Part shown: piece after piece, positions 31,620 to 43,449 of the stretch
Numbering within the stretch: position 1 is the first letter of the stretch
Layout: every line of letters starts with the position of its first letter
DNA from: Caloenas nicobarica
Lineage: Eukaryota
Direction: 5' to 3'
DNA length: 64,000 nucleotides
NCBI RefSeq assembly: GCF_036013445.1
Contig: NC_088282.1
Location: 133,631-197,630 of the forward strand
Made by a program: the position numbers and the translations under genes
The notes under the pieces: model-generated
What the model saw: the letters and a program-made list of their open reading frames with translations, nothing else
What the model was told of the DNA's origin: nothing
Databases searched by the model: none

Positions 31620-33647
31620 GCGCGCCGGGACCAAGAATTTCCCCCCGTCGTTCATAACGAGGAAACGGGACAATTAGAGATTCAATTAACGAGCCCGCGG
31701 GGCCAATACGACCAGTATGACCAGTTCGACCAGTATGACCAGTACAACCAGTTCAACCCTGTAGGTGACACAGGGACCCGGGGGGGACGTTCCCGCCCCA
31801 AACCCCCAAATTCCGGCGATTTAGCCCCAAATTCCAGCAATTTAGCCCCAAATTCCCCCCGTTTTCCCCCCGATCCCTCCAGTTCCTCGCCCAGTTCCTC
31901 CCAGTTTCCTCCCAGTTCCTCCCAGTTTCCTCCCAGTTCCCACGTCCCCCCAAATTCCCCCGTTTCCCTCAATTTTCACCCCGATTTCCCCCCCAGTTCC
32001 CCCATTGATTCCCCCAGTTCTCCCAGTTCTGACCCCAATTTTCCCCCCAGTTTCCCCCCCATTAATTCCCCCAGTTCCCCCAGTTCCGACCCCAGTTCCA
32101 CCCCCAATTTCCCCTCCAGTTCCCCCATTAATTCCCCCATTTCTCCCCCAAATTCCTCTCCCAGTTCCCCCATTAACCCCCCCAGTTCCCCCAGTTTCTC
32201 CCCCGTTAATTCCCCCAGTTGCCCCATTAATCCCCCCGTTAATTGCTCCATTAATCCCCCCGGTTCCCCCCCAAATTTCCCCCCCAGTTCCCCCATTAAT
32301 CCTCCCAGTTCCCCCCCCAGTTCCCCCAGTTTCCCCCCCATTAATCCCCCCAGTTCCCCCATTAACCCCCCCAGTCCCCCCAGTTTCCCCCCCATTGATC
32401 CCCCCAGTTCCCCCATTAATCCCCCCAGTTTCCCCATTGATCCCCCCAGTTTCCCCCCCATTAATCCCCCCAGTTCCCCCATTAACCCCCCCAGTCCCCC
32501 CAGTTTCCCCCCCATTGATCCCCCCAGTTCCCCCATTAATCCCCCCAGTTTCCCCATTGATCCCCCCAGTTTCCCCCCCATTGATCCCCCCAGTTTCCCC
32601 CCCATTAATCCCCCCAGTTCCCCCATTAACCCCCCCAGTCCCCCCAGTTTCCTCCCCATTGATCCCCCCATTGATCCCCCCAGTTTCCCCATTAACCCTC
32701 CCATTGATCCCCCCAGTTCCCCCATTGATCCCCCCAGTTTCCCCCCCATTGATCCCCCCCTTGACCCCCCCGCGTTCCCCCCCATGCCCCGCCCCCTCCC
32801 CAAGCCCCGCCCCCCCGCCCTCCCCGCCCCTCTCCCATTGGCCGCCGCCCTGGCCGCCCTCTGGCTCCGCCCCTCCCTGCCCCTCCTCTTCCTCTTCCTG
32901 TTCCTCTTGCTCCTCCCCCGCGGGGGGCGTGGCCGGGCGGGGGGCGGGGCCGTGGGCGTGGCCTTGGCCTTGACCCTCCCGGCCCCGTTTTGGCGCTTCG
33001 GGGCCGTGACCTTGGCCTTGACCGGGGGGGTTTTGGGGCTCCTGGGGTTCCCCCCTCCCCGCGCTCGCGCTTACGCCCCCGTTTTCCTCTTGGCCGCCCA
33101 ATTTTTCCTCTTCCCGTGGCTCTTTTTGGCGCTTTATTTAGCCGGCTTGGGGGGCCGGGGGGTTTTGGGGGGCGCCGGGGGGCGGAACCGACTCCACCGC
33201 TGGTTATTCCGGGGGGTCCTCGCTTTACCCCCCCCGGTTTTCCGCCTCTTGTCCCGTTTGGGTTTCGTCAGCGAACGGCGATTTTTTCAATTTTTCCCCC
33301 GGGCTAAAAAAACGGGATTTCGGTCCCGTTTGCCCATCCCCCGCCGGGGACCCCCCCCGCCCCCCCGCCCCTCCCCCAACGCCTCTGGAGCCGCGTCCGG
33401 CGCTTCCTGGGGGGGAGGGGGGGGCGGGGGGGGGGGCGGGGGGGGGAACCCCCCAGCCGGATCCCCCGCCCCTCCCCCCGCCCCCCCCGAACCCCCCCGA
33501 GCGGGGGAGGGGGGGGGGGGAGGGGGGCGAAGGGGGGCGGGGGAGGGGGGAGGGGAACGGCCCCGCCCCCCCGCAAACCCTGGAGGTGACGCCGGCCCCT
33601 CCCCCCCACCCCCCCGCCGTGTTCTGGGGGAAAAATTGGGGAAATAG
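31620..33647 (+). CDS. TAOK2: Putative TAOK2 long terminal exon (isoform-1-like tail). It contains a proline-rich coding minisatellite and a multi-hydrophobic tail.
   Basis: One open frame runs from the acceptor cag at 31617-31619 to TAG at 33645-33647. The distal part reads [12 protein letters not shown]...[16 protein letters not shown]...[22 protein letters not shown]. This matches the human TAOK2 isoform-1 tail LLLLLLPLLAAQ...YPKTNKDGFRSRLPVPGPRRRNP. The proximal part [16 protein letters not shown] is only weakly similar to human SSIIHRLPGSDNLYDD. An internal donor cct|gtaggt at 31761 could mark an alternative boundary. The coiled-coil exons that belong between here and 29445 were not found. 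Confidence 0.4.
   Translation, partial: [675 protein letters not shown]
31800..32780 (+). repeat. TAOK2: Proline-rich coding minisatellite of about 30 bp inside the open reading frame of the putative TAOK2 tail exon.
   Basis: Repeated ccccccagttcccccattaatcccccagtt encodes [12 protein letters not shown]-type peptides. Confidence 0.7.
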
Positions 33648-33649
33648 GG

Positions 33650-35330
33650 ATTTGGGGGGGAAAAATTGAAAAAAGGGATTTCAGGGGAAAAATTTGAAAA
33701 AAGGGATTTGGGGGAAAAATTTGAAAAAAGGGATTTGGGGGGAAATTTGGGAAAAAAGGGTTTGGGGGGAAATTTGGGAAAAAAGGGTTTGGGGGGAAAA
33801 GTTGGAAAGAAAAAGGATTTGGGGGAAAATTGGAAAGAAAAGGGATTTGGGGGAAAAAAATTTAAAAAAGGGATTTGGGGGGAAAAATTTTAAGGGATTT
33901 GGGGGAAATTTGGGGAAAAAGGGTTTGGGGGGAAAAATTGGGAAAAAAGGGATTTGGGGGGAAAAAATAGAAAAAAGGAATCGGGGCAAAAAATTGGAAA
34001 AAAAAGGATTTGGGATGAAAAATTTAGAAAAAAAAGGATTCGGGGGAAGAATTAAAAAAGGATTTGGGGGGGAAAATTGGGAAAAAAAGGGATTTGGGGG
34101 AAAAATTGGGGAAAAAAAGGATTTGGGGAAAAAATTGAAAACAAAAAGGATTTTGGGGGAAAAATTGGGGAAAAAAAGGGATTTGGGGCAAAAACATGCC
34201 ATTTCAGGGAAAGAAAAAAAATTGGCGCTGAAACGGGGAATTTGGGGGGGGGAAGTTTAATTTTGGGGTGAAAAGCACAGATTTGGGGGAAAAAAAAATT
34301 GGGGTAGAAATCAGTGATTTGGGGCACAAAAATGGGCCCCAAAACTGGGAATTTTGGGGTGGAAAAGTGTAATTTGGGGGTGAAAAGCCCTAAATTTGGG
34401 GTCAGAAATCCCTGATTTGGGGAGGGAAAAAAAGCCCAAATTTGGGGGCAGAAACCCCCAATTTGAGGCAAAAAAATATATATATATTTGGGCCCTAAAA
34501 CACCGAATTTTGGGGCCAGAAAACTCCAATTTGGGGGCAAAAATCCCTAATTTGGGGAGAAAACAAAAAGCCCGAATTTGGGGGCAGAAATCCTCAATTT
34601 GGGGCAAAAAAAAAGAAAAAATTGTGGGCGCTGAAACCCCGAATTTTGGGGTCAGAAAACTCTAATTTTGGGGTGAAAACCCCTAATTTGGGGAGCTACA
34701 AACTCCCGATTTGGGGCCAGAAATGCCTAATTTGAGGGCCAGAAAAGTCCAATTTTGGGACCCAAACCCCCCCAGTTTTGGGACCCGAAACCCCCGATTA
34801 TTTTGGGGTCAGAAATCCCTGATTTGGGGGGGAAAAAAACCCCAAATTTGGGGCTAAAAGTCCCTAATTTGGGGGGCAGAAAACTCTAATTTTGGGACCT
34901 GAAACCCCCAGTTTTGGGGCCGGAAATTCCCAATTTTGGGGCCAGAATCCCCCAATTTGGGGGGCACAAAACTCTAATTTCGGGGGCGGAAATCCCCGAA
35001 TTTGCGGGCGGAAATCTGCGATTTAGGTTCGGAAATGCTCGATTTTGGGGCCAGAAATCCCCAATTTTGGGGGCCGGAAAGCCCAAATTTGGGACCCGAA
35101 AGTCACGATTTGGAGCCGGAAACTCCAGATTTGGGGTCAGGGAACCCCCAAAATTTGGGGACCCCCCCAAATTTTGGGCCCCCCCTCAATTGTAGGTCGC
35201 CGGGGGGTGGGGGCCGGGCAGCGTTTTTGGGGCAATTTCTCCCTTTTCCATCATTTCGCGTTATTTTTTTCCTCGCTCATTTTTCCCGATTTTCGTTGGT
35301 TTTGAGTTCGGAGTTTAATTTTATTTTATT
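33650..35330. repeat. G/A-rich repeats of 22-26 bp (GGGATTTGGGGGAAAAATTGAAAAAA), then CCCCAATTTTGGGGCCAGAAAT-type repeats.
   Basis: Direct tandem arrays. Confidence 0.8.
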
Positions 35331-35349
35331 TTATGTTAAATAGAATTAT

Positions 35350-38000
35350 TTAAACATCCCCCAAATTCATCCTTTTCGGGTTGTTTTTTTCGGGGCACCC
35401 ATGGGTGGGGGGCACCCAATGGGGACCCAACGATCGCCCAACAGGGACCCGACGCGGAGCCGAGAGCAATGAGCCAATGGGGAGCCAGAAATGGCTGAGG
35501 GACCCAACGATGAGCCAATGGGGACCGAGAGGTGGGTGAAGGGACCAATGGGGACCCAGCCATGAGCCGGTGGCCAATAGGGAGCCGGCGGGGTCTTGGT
35601 GGGGACGCGGGGGACCAATGGGGAGCAAGAGGTGGGCGAGGGAACCAATGGGGACCCAACGATGACCCAATGGGAGCCAACGGCCAATGGGGACCCAACG
35701 ATGACCCAACGGCCAATGGGGACCCAACAATGACCCAACGGCCAATGGGGACCCAACGATGACCCAATGGCCAATGGGGACCCAACATTGACCCAACGGC
35801 CAATGGGGACCCAACGATGACCCAATGGCCAATGGGGACCCAACAATGACCCAACGGCCAATGGGGACCCAACGATGACCCAATGGGAGCCAATGGGGAC
35901 CCAACGTTGACCCAATGGGACTCAATGGGACCCAACGATGACCCAATGGCCAATGGGGACCCAACGATGACCCAACAGCCAATGGGACCCCACGATGACC
36001 CAACGGCCAATGGGGACCCAACGTTGACCCAATGGGACTCAATGGGACCCAACGATGACCCAATGGGCAATGGGGACCCAACGATGACCCAACGGCCAAT
36101 GGGGACCCAATGATGACCCAATGGGGACCCAACGATGACCCAATGGGAGCCAATGGGGACCCAACGATGACCCAACGTTGACCCAATGGGACTCAATGGG
36201 ACCCAACGATGACCCAACGGCCAATGGGGACCCAACAATGACCCAATGGGACGCAAGGGCCAATGGGGACCCAATGGGGTCTTGATGGGGACGTGGGGAC
36301 CCAATGGGGACCCAACGATGACCCAATGGGGTCTTGATGGGGACATGGGGACTCAATGGGGATCCAATGGGGTCTTGAAGGGGTCTTGGGGACCCAATGC
36401 AGACCCAACGTTGACCCAATGGAGACCAAGAGGGGGGTGAAGGACCCAATGGGGACCCAACATTGACCCAACAAGGACCCAATGGGGGCTTGGGGACCCA
36501 ACATTGACCCAATGGGGACCCAACGGGGTCTTGATGGGGACACGGAGACCCAATGGGGTCTTGGTGGGGTCTTGGGGACCCAACAGTGACCCAATGGAGA
36601 ACAAGGAGTGGGTGCAGGACCCAATGGGGACCCAACATTGACCCAATGGGGACCCAATGGGGTCTTGGTGGGGTCTTGAGGACCCAACAATGACCCAACA
36701 TTGACCCAATGGGGACCAGGAGGTGGGTGAGGGACCCAATGGGGACCCAACGATGACCCAGTGGGGTCTTGCTGGGGACATGGGGACCCAACGATGACCC
36801 GACAAGGACCCAATGGGGTCTTGGGGACCCAACAATGGCCCAACATTGACCCAATGGGGACCAGGAGGTGGGTGAGGGACCCAATGGGGACCCAACGATG
36901 ACCCAACGGGGTCTTGGGGACCCAACGATGACCCAGTGGGGTCTTGGTGGGGTCTTGGGGACCCAACATTGACCCAACGGGGTTTTGGGCACCCAACAAT
37001 GACCCAACATTGTCCCAATGGGGACCCAATGGGGTCTTGATGGGGTCATGGGGACCCAACGATGACCCAACGATGACCCAATGGGGTCTTGGTGGGGTCT
37101 TGGGGACCCAATGGGGACCAGGAGGTGGGTGAGGGACCCAATGGGGACCCAACGATGACCCAACATTGTCCCAATGGGGACCCAACAATGACCCAGCAAG
37201 GACCCAATGGCCAATGGGGACCCAATGGGGTCTTGATGGGGACATGGGCACCCAATGGGGACCCAACGGGGTCTTGGGGACCCAACGGTGACCCAACGAT
37301 GACCCAATGGGGTCTTGGTGGGGTCTTGGGGACCCAATGGGGTTTTGGGCACGCAACAATGACCCAACATTGTCCCAATGGGGACCCAATGGGGTCTTGA
37401 TGGGGACATGGGGACCCAACGATGACCCAACGATGACCCAATGGGGTCTTGGTGGGGTCTTGGGGACCCAATGGGGACCAGGAGGTGGGTGAGGGACCCA
37501 ATGGGGACCCAACGATGACCCAATGGGGTCTTGGTGGGGTCTTGGGGACCCAACGATGACCCAATGGAGTCTTGGGGACCCAACAATGACCCAACATTGT
37601 CCCAATGGGGACCCAACAATGACCCAGCAAGGACCCAATGGCCAATGGGGACCCAATGGGGTCTTGATGGGGACATGGGCACCCAATGGGGACCCAACGG
37701 GGTCTTGGGGACCCAACAATGACCCAATGGGGTCTTGGGGACCCAATGGGGACCCAACATTGACCCAACAGGGTTTTGGGCACCCAACAATGACCCAACA
37801 TTGTCCCAATGGGGACCCAATGGGGTCTTGATGGGGTCATGGGGACCCAACGATGACCCAACGATGACCCAATGGGGTCTTGGTGGGGTCTTGGGGACCC
37901 AACAATGACCCAACATTGTCCCAATGGGGACCCAATGGGGACCCAACGATGACCCAACGGGGTCTTGGGGACCCAACAATGACCCCAAACGTGTGGGGTG
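35350..38000. repeat. Satellite of about 21 bp, GACCCAATGGGGACCCAACGAT, more than 100 copies over about 2.6 kb.
   Basis: gacccaacgatgacccaatggccaatggggacccaacaatgacccaacggccaatgggg repeated. Confidence 0.9.
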
Positions 38001-38760
38001 AGGGGTCCCCAAACCCCCATTTTTCCAATGGGGGGGATCCCCACACCCCCATTTTATTTGGAGGGGGGGGTCCCCAAACCCCCATTTTTCCATTGGGGGG
38101 GATCCCCAAACCCCAATTTTATTGGGGGGGGGATCCCCACACCCCCATTTTTATTGGGGGGGATCCCCAAACCCCCATTTTATTTGGGGAGGGGGTCCCC
38201 AAACCCCCATTTTTCCATTAGGGGGGATCCCCAAACCCCCATTTTATTGGGGGGGGGGGGTCCCCAAACCCCCATTTTTCCATTGGGGGGGATCCCCAAA
38301 CCCCCATTTTATTTGGGGGGGGGGTCCCCAAACCCCCATTTTTCCATTGGGGGGGATCCCCAAACCCCCATTTTTATTGGGGGGGGGTCCCCAACCCCCA
38401 TTTTATTTGGGGGGGGGGTCCCCAAACCCCCATTTTATTTGGGGTGGGGATCCCCACACCCCCATTTTTCCATTGGGGGGTCTCCAAACCCCCATTTTAA
38501 TGGGGGGAGGGGTCCCCAAACCCCCATTTTATTTGGGGGGGGGTCCCCAAACCCCCATTTTTCCATTGGGGGGGATCCCCAACCCCCATTTTATTTGGGG
38601 GGGGGTCCCCAAACCCCCATTTGGCTCCTTTGGGCCCCTCCCCTCCCCCCCAAAAAAAACCCATTTTATTTTGGGCAGCCCCAAAAATCCCCATTTTCTC
38701 TTTTTTTGGGGGGGGCCCTTCCCACCCCCCCCCCCAAGCCCCCGCCCTCCCCCCCTTTTT
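38000..38760. repeat. Tandem repeat of about 40 bp, GGGGGGATCCCCAAACCCCCATTTTATTTGG.
   Basis: A direct tandem array with alternating poly-G and poly-C runs. Confidence 0.85.
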
Positions 38761-38989
38761 TAACCGATTTTTAATTAAAATATGAACGAAAACCGAGTGG
38801 TTTTGAAGCCCCGCCCACTCTGTGACGCGCCCGGACGCCTGGGTCCTCCCGGAAGTGAGGGGGGGGGGGGCGTTAATTAAGGTTCTAATTAGCGGGGAGG
38901 CCCGGGGGGGGGGGGGGGGGGCTATGGGAGGCTCGGGGGAGGGGCTAATTACCCCCTTCATTAATTCCTCACGCGTTAATTAGCGATTT

Positions 38990-39253
38990 CCCGCCCCGTT
39001 GCCATGGAAACCGCGGCGGGAGCGGAACAGGCCGCGGCCCCGCGCGGGCGCGCGGGGGATGCCGGGAAGCGCCGCCCCTTTTGGGCGGGGCGGAGTGTGG
39101 AGGTGTGGGGGGGGAAGCGCCGCTGATTGGTCGCGGCGGGGGAGAGCGGGGCGCTGATTGGCTGCGGGCGGCGGGGAGGCGGGCGTTCCCGGGGTCACGT
39201 GGGAGGCGGGCGCTCTTAAAGGGGCCGCGGAGGGGCCGGGGGGTCGCGGGGCG
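38990..39253 (+). promoter_or_regulatory. CDIPT: CDIPT promoter with two inverted CCAAT boxes, a USF-type E-box and a TATA-like element.
   Basis: gctgattggtcg is at about 39125 and gctgattggctg at about 39155. ggtcacgtggg is at about 39193. ctcttaaagggg is at about 39218. The CDIPT ATG is at 39254. Confidence 0.5.
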
Positions 39254-39293
39254 ATGGGGGAGAACGTGCTGGTGTTTGTGCCCAACGTCATCG
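39254..39293 (+). CDS. CDIPT: CDIPT exon 1. Encodes MGENVLVFVPNVI(G).
   Basis: Matches human CDIPT MPDENIFLFVPNLIG. Donor atcg|gtgagg at 39294. Confidence 0.8.
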
Positions 39294-39299
39294 GTGAGG

Positions 39300-40800
39300 G
39301 GGCGGGGGACCGGGGGGGCTGGGATGGACTGGGGGGACTGGGATATACTGGGGGAACTGGGATGGACTGGGGGGACTGGGGGACCGGGGGGACTGGGATA
39401 TACTGGGGGAACTGGGAGGGATTGGGGGGAACTGGGATGGACTGGGGTAAACTGGGGGACTGGGAGGGACTGGGGGGACTGGGATATACTGGGGGAACTG
39501 GGAGGGACTGGGGGAACTGGGGGAACTGGGATATACTGGGGGAACTGAGATAAACTGGGATATACTGGGGGGAACTGGGATGGACTGGGGTAAACTGGGG
39601 GACTGGGGGGAACTGGGATATACTGGGGGAACTGGGAGGGACCGGGGGGACTGGGGGGAACTGGGATAAACTGGGGGACTGGGAGGGACTGGGATAAACT
39701 GGGATATACTGGGGGAACTGGGGGACTGGGAGGGACTGGGATAAACTGCGATATACTGGGGTAAACTGGGATGGACTGGGGGGAACTGGGATAAACTGAG
39801 GGGACTGGGAGGGACTGGGGGGAACTGGGAGGGACTGGGATATACTGGGGGGACCGGGGGGAACTGGGATAAACTGGGATATACTGGGGGGACTGGGAGG
39901 GACCGGGGGAACTGGGATATACTGGGTTATACTGGGGGAACTGGGGGGAACTGGGATATACTGGGTTATACTGGGGGAACTGGGAGGGACCGGGCGGACC
40001 GGGGTAAACTGGGATAAACTGGGGTGGACTGGGGGGAACTGGGATAAACTGGGGGACTGGGAGGGACTGGGGGGAACTCGGAGGGACTGGGGGACCAGTG
40101 GGAACTGGGATAAACTGGGATGAACTGGGGGGACTGGGATGAACTGGGGGGACTGGGATTGACTGGGGAACTGGGGGGAACTGGGATAAACTGGGATATA
40201 CTGGGGGGAACTGGGGGATTGGGATTAACTGGGGTAAACTGGGATAAACTGGGGGACTGGGATGTGCTGAGGGGACTGGGGGGAACTGGGATAAACTGGG
40301 ATATACTGGGATGGACTGGGGGGAATTGGGGGGACTGGGGTGAACTGGGGGGGACTGGGATAAACTGGAGGCACTGGGATGGACTGAGGGGACTGGGATA
40401 AACTGGGAGGACTGGGGGGGAACTGGGATGGACTGGGATAAACTGGAATGGACTGGGGGGGGGGACTGGGATGGACTGGGGGGGACTGGGGGGAATTGGG
40501 GGACTGGGGGGGACTGGGATAAACTGGGAGGACTGGGGGGGAACTGGGATGGACTGGAGGACTTGGGGGGGACTGGGGTAAACTGGGATAAACTGGGATG
40601 GACTCGGGGGGGACTGGGATGGACTGGGGGGACTGGGGGGAATTGGGGGGACTGGGGTAAACTGGGATAAACTGGGATGGACTGGGGGGGACTGGGATGG
40701 GCTGGGGGGACCGGGGGGAATTGGGGGGACTGGGATAAACTGGAGGCACTGGGATGGACTGGGGGGACTGGGATGAGCTGGGGGGGACGGGGGGGTTCAG
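39300..40800. repeat. Satellite of about 21 bp, GGGACTGGGATATACTGGGGGAACT, in CDIPT intron 1.
   Basis: A direct tandem array. The same family recurs at 44090-45530. Confidence 0.9.
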
Positions 40801-40825
40801 GGGTGACCCCCGTCCATCCCCCCAG

Positions 40826-40960
40826 GCTACGGCCGCCTGGCTCTGGCCGCCGCCTCCTTCTGGCTGATGCCGACGCGGCCGGGCCCGGCGGCCGCGCTCT
40901 ACGGGGCCAGCGCCCTGCTGGACGCCGTGGACGGCGCCGTGGCCCGGATGTTGGGCCAGG
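40826..40960 (+). CDS. CDIPT: CDIPT exon 2. Encodes (G)YGRLALAAASFWLMPTRPGPAAALYGASALLDAVDGAVARMLGQ.
   Basis: Matches human YARIVFAIISFYFMPCCPLTASSFYLLSGLLDAFDGHAARALNQ. Acceptor cccccag at 40825, donor cagg|gtgggc. Confidence 0.8.
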
Positions 40961-41650
40961 GTGGGCGGGGCTTCCGGGGGGCGGGGCCTCGGGGGGCGGG
41001 GCCGGGGGCGGGGCCTCGGGGGGGCGGAGCTAAGGGGGGAAGGGGGTCATACAGGGGGTGGGGGGGAAGAATGGTGCTGTTGGGGGCGTGGCTTAGAGGG
41101 AAGGGGCGTGGTTTGGAGGGGGCGTGGCTTATAGGGGTCTGAGGGGGCGGGGCCTGGGGGGGTGGAGCTAAGGGGGGTGGGGGAAGGGGGTGTATAGGGG
41201 GTGGGGGGTAAAGAATGGGGCTGTTGGGGGCGTGGCTTGGAGCGAAGGGGCGTGGTTTGGAGGGCAGGGGGCGTGGCCTGCAGGGGAGGGGTCTGAGGGG
41301 GCGGAGCTAAGGGGGGGAAGGGGGTCATACAGGGGGTGGGGGGGGAAGAATGGGGCTGTTGGGGGCGTGGCTTAGAGGGAAGGGGTGTGGTTTGGAGGGG
41401 GGCGTGGCTTATAGGGGTCTGAGGGGGCGGGGCCTCGGGGGGGCGGAGCTAAGGGGGAAGGGGGGTGTATCATAGGGGGTGGGGGTAAAGAATGGGGTGG
41501 GGGGCGTGGCTTGGAGAGAATGGGCGTGGTTTAGCGGGGAGGGGGCGTGGCTTGGAGGGGCGTGGCTTTAGGGGTGGGGAGTCGAGGGGAGGAGCCTGAG
41601 GGGGCGTGGCCTGGAGGGGGCGGAGCTTGGGGGGTAACTGGGGTGAATGG
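40960..41650. repeat. G-rich repeat of about 180 bp (about 3.5 copies) with GC-boxes (GGGGCGGGGC) and GGGGCGTGGC elements.
   Basis: ggggcggggcctcgggggggcggagctaagggggg...gggggcgtggcttagagggaaggggcgtggtttggagggg repeated in CDIPT intron 2. Confidence 0.8.
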
Positions 41651-42520
41651 GGGTGGGAGGGGCCATGGGGGGGCGGGGCCTCGAGGGGGCGGAGCCTGCA
41701 GGGGTCACTGGGGTGTATGGGGTGGGAAATGGTCCAAACTGGTTTATACTGGTTTGTACTGGAAATGGCATTAACAACGGTTATGGGGCTTTTTGGGGGC
41801 AGGGGGTGCCAGGGGGGTGTTAGGGGGTCACTGGGGGGTCCCACATGACCATTGGCGAGGTGAACTGGTCCATACTGGTCCATACTGGTTTATACTGGAA
41901 ATGGCATTAACAGCAGTTATGGGGGTTTTTGCGGGCAGGGGGTGTCGGGGAGGTGTTAGGGGGTCACTGGGAGGTCCCACATGACCATTGGTGAGGTGAA
42001 CTGGTCCATACTGGTCCATACTGGTCCATACTGGTTTATACTGGAAATGGCCTTAACAACAGTCATGGGGGTTTTTGTGGGCAGGGGGTGTTGGGGGGGG
42101 TCAGGGGGTCACTGGGGGGTCCCCCAGGACCCTTGGGGAGGTGAACTGGTCCATACTGGTCCATACTGGTGCATACTGGTCCATACTGGTTTATACTGGA
42201 AATGGCCTTAACAGCAGTTATGGGGGGTTTTGCGGGCAGGGGGAGTCGGGGGGGGTCAGGGGGTCACTTGGGGGTCCCCCAGGACCCTTGGGGAGGTGAA
42301 CTGGTCCATGCTGGTTTATACTGGTTTATACTGGAAATGACATTAACAGCAGTTATGGGGCTTTTTGTGGGCAGGGGGTGTCGGGGGGGTGTTAGGGGGT
42401 CACTGGGGGGTCCCCCAGGACCCTTGGGGAGGTGAACTGGTCCATACTGGTCCATACTGGTTTATACTGGAAATAGGCTTAACAGCAGTTATGGGGGGTT
42501 TTGCGGGCAGGGGGTGTCGG
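41650..42520. repeat. Tandem repeat of about 180 bp containing CCATACTGG decamers.
   Basis: ggtccatactggtttatactggaaatggcattaacagcagttatgggg...gtcactggggggtcccacatgaccattggcgaggtgaactggtcc repeated about 5 times. Confidence 0.8.
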
Positions 42521-42583
42521 GGGGGGTTCCGGGAGGGTCCCCGCCCCCCCGGTGGGCGTGTCCATCGCTGGCCCCGCCCCCAG

Positions 42584-42737
42584 GCTCGCGCTTCGGCGCC
42601 ATGCTGGACATGCTGACCGACCGGCTGAGCTCCATGTGCCTGTTGGTCAACCTGGCGCTGCTCTACCCGGCAACCGCCGCCCTGTTCCAGCTCAGCATGG
42701 CCCTGGACGTGGCCAGCCATTGGCTGCACGTGCACTG
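42584..42737 (+). CDS. CDIPT: CDIPT exon 3. Encodes (G)SRFGAMLDMLTDRLSSMCLLVNLALLYPATAALFQLSMALDVASHWLHVH.
   Basis: Matches human GTRFGAMLDMLTDRCSTMCLLVNLALLYPGATLFFQISMSLDVASHWLHLH. Acceptor cccccag at 42583, donor cactg|gtgggc. Confidence 0.85.
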
Positions 42738-42739
42738 GT

Positions 42740-43330
42740 GGGCGGGGCTTGGGGGAGGGGGTGGAGCCAAGGGAGGGGGCGGGGCTGGGGGGTGTGGCCT
42801 GGGGGGTGGGGCTAAGGGAGGGGGTGGGGCTTTGGGGGTGTGGTCTGGGGAGGGGGTGGAGCTAAGGGGGTGGGGATTGAGGGGGTGTGGCCAAAGGAGG
42901 GGGCGGAGCCAAGGGAGGGGGTGGGGCTGGGGGTGTGGCCTGGGGAGGGGGCGGAGCTAAGGGGGTGGGGATTGAGGAGGTGTGGCCAAGGGGGGAGGGG
43001 GTGGGGGGAGGGGGCGGGGCTAAGGAGGGGTGGGGATCGAGGGGGTGTGGCCATGGGGGGGCGGGGCTAAGGGGGGTGGGGAAAGGGGGAGGGGGTTGAG
43101 GGGGTGTGGCCAAAGGAGGGGGTGGGGCTAGAGAGGTGGGGCCAAGGGAGGGGGCGGGGCCAAGGGGGTGGGATTGGGGGTTGGTCAATGGGGAAGGGGG
43201 CGGAGCCTGGGGAAGGGGGTGGAGCTTGGGGAAGGGGGCGGGGCCTCGTGGTGGGCGGGCCCAGGGGCGGGTTTCCCATGGGCTGTATGGGGAGGGCGGG
43301 GCTTAACGCGGGGGGGCGTGGCCGCCGCCT
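42740..43330. repeat. GC/GT-box array (GGGGGCGGGGC, GGGGTGTGGCC, GGGGTGGAGC) with a unit of about 60 bp.
   Basis: gggggtggagccaagggagggggcggggctggggggtgtggcctgggg repeated in CDIPT intron 3. Confidence 0.8.
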
Positions 43331-43364
43331 GACCCCGCCCCCTCGCCCCTCCCCTCCCCCCCAG

Positions 43365-43446
43365 CACCACCCTGGAGGGCGGGGCCTCCCACAAGGCTGT
43401 GGGGGGGGAGGGGCACCCGCTGCTGCGGCTGTACTACAGCTCCAGG
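43365..43446 (+). CDS. CDIPT: CDIPT exon 4. Encodes (C)TTLEGGASHKAVGGEGHPLLRLYYSSR.
   Basis: Matches human SSVVRGSESHKMIDLSGNPVLRIYYTSR. Acceptor ccccccag at 43364, donor tccagg|gtgagg. Confidence 0.8.
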
Positions 43447-43449
43447 GTG

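Noticed and set aside
36039-38093. 684-aa and 538-aa minus-strand ORFs.
   Set aside because: They are translations of the GACCCAATGGGGACCCAACGAT satellite and are a repeat artefact.
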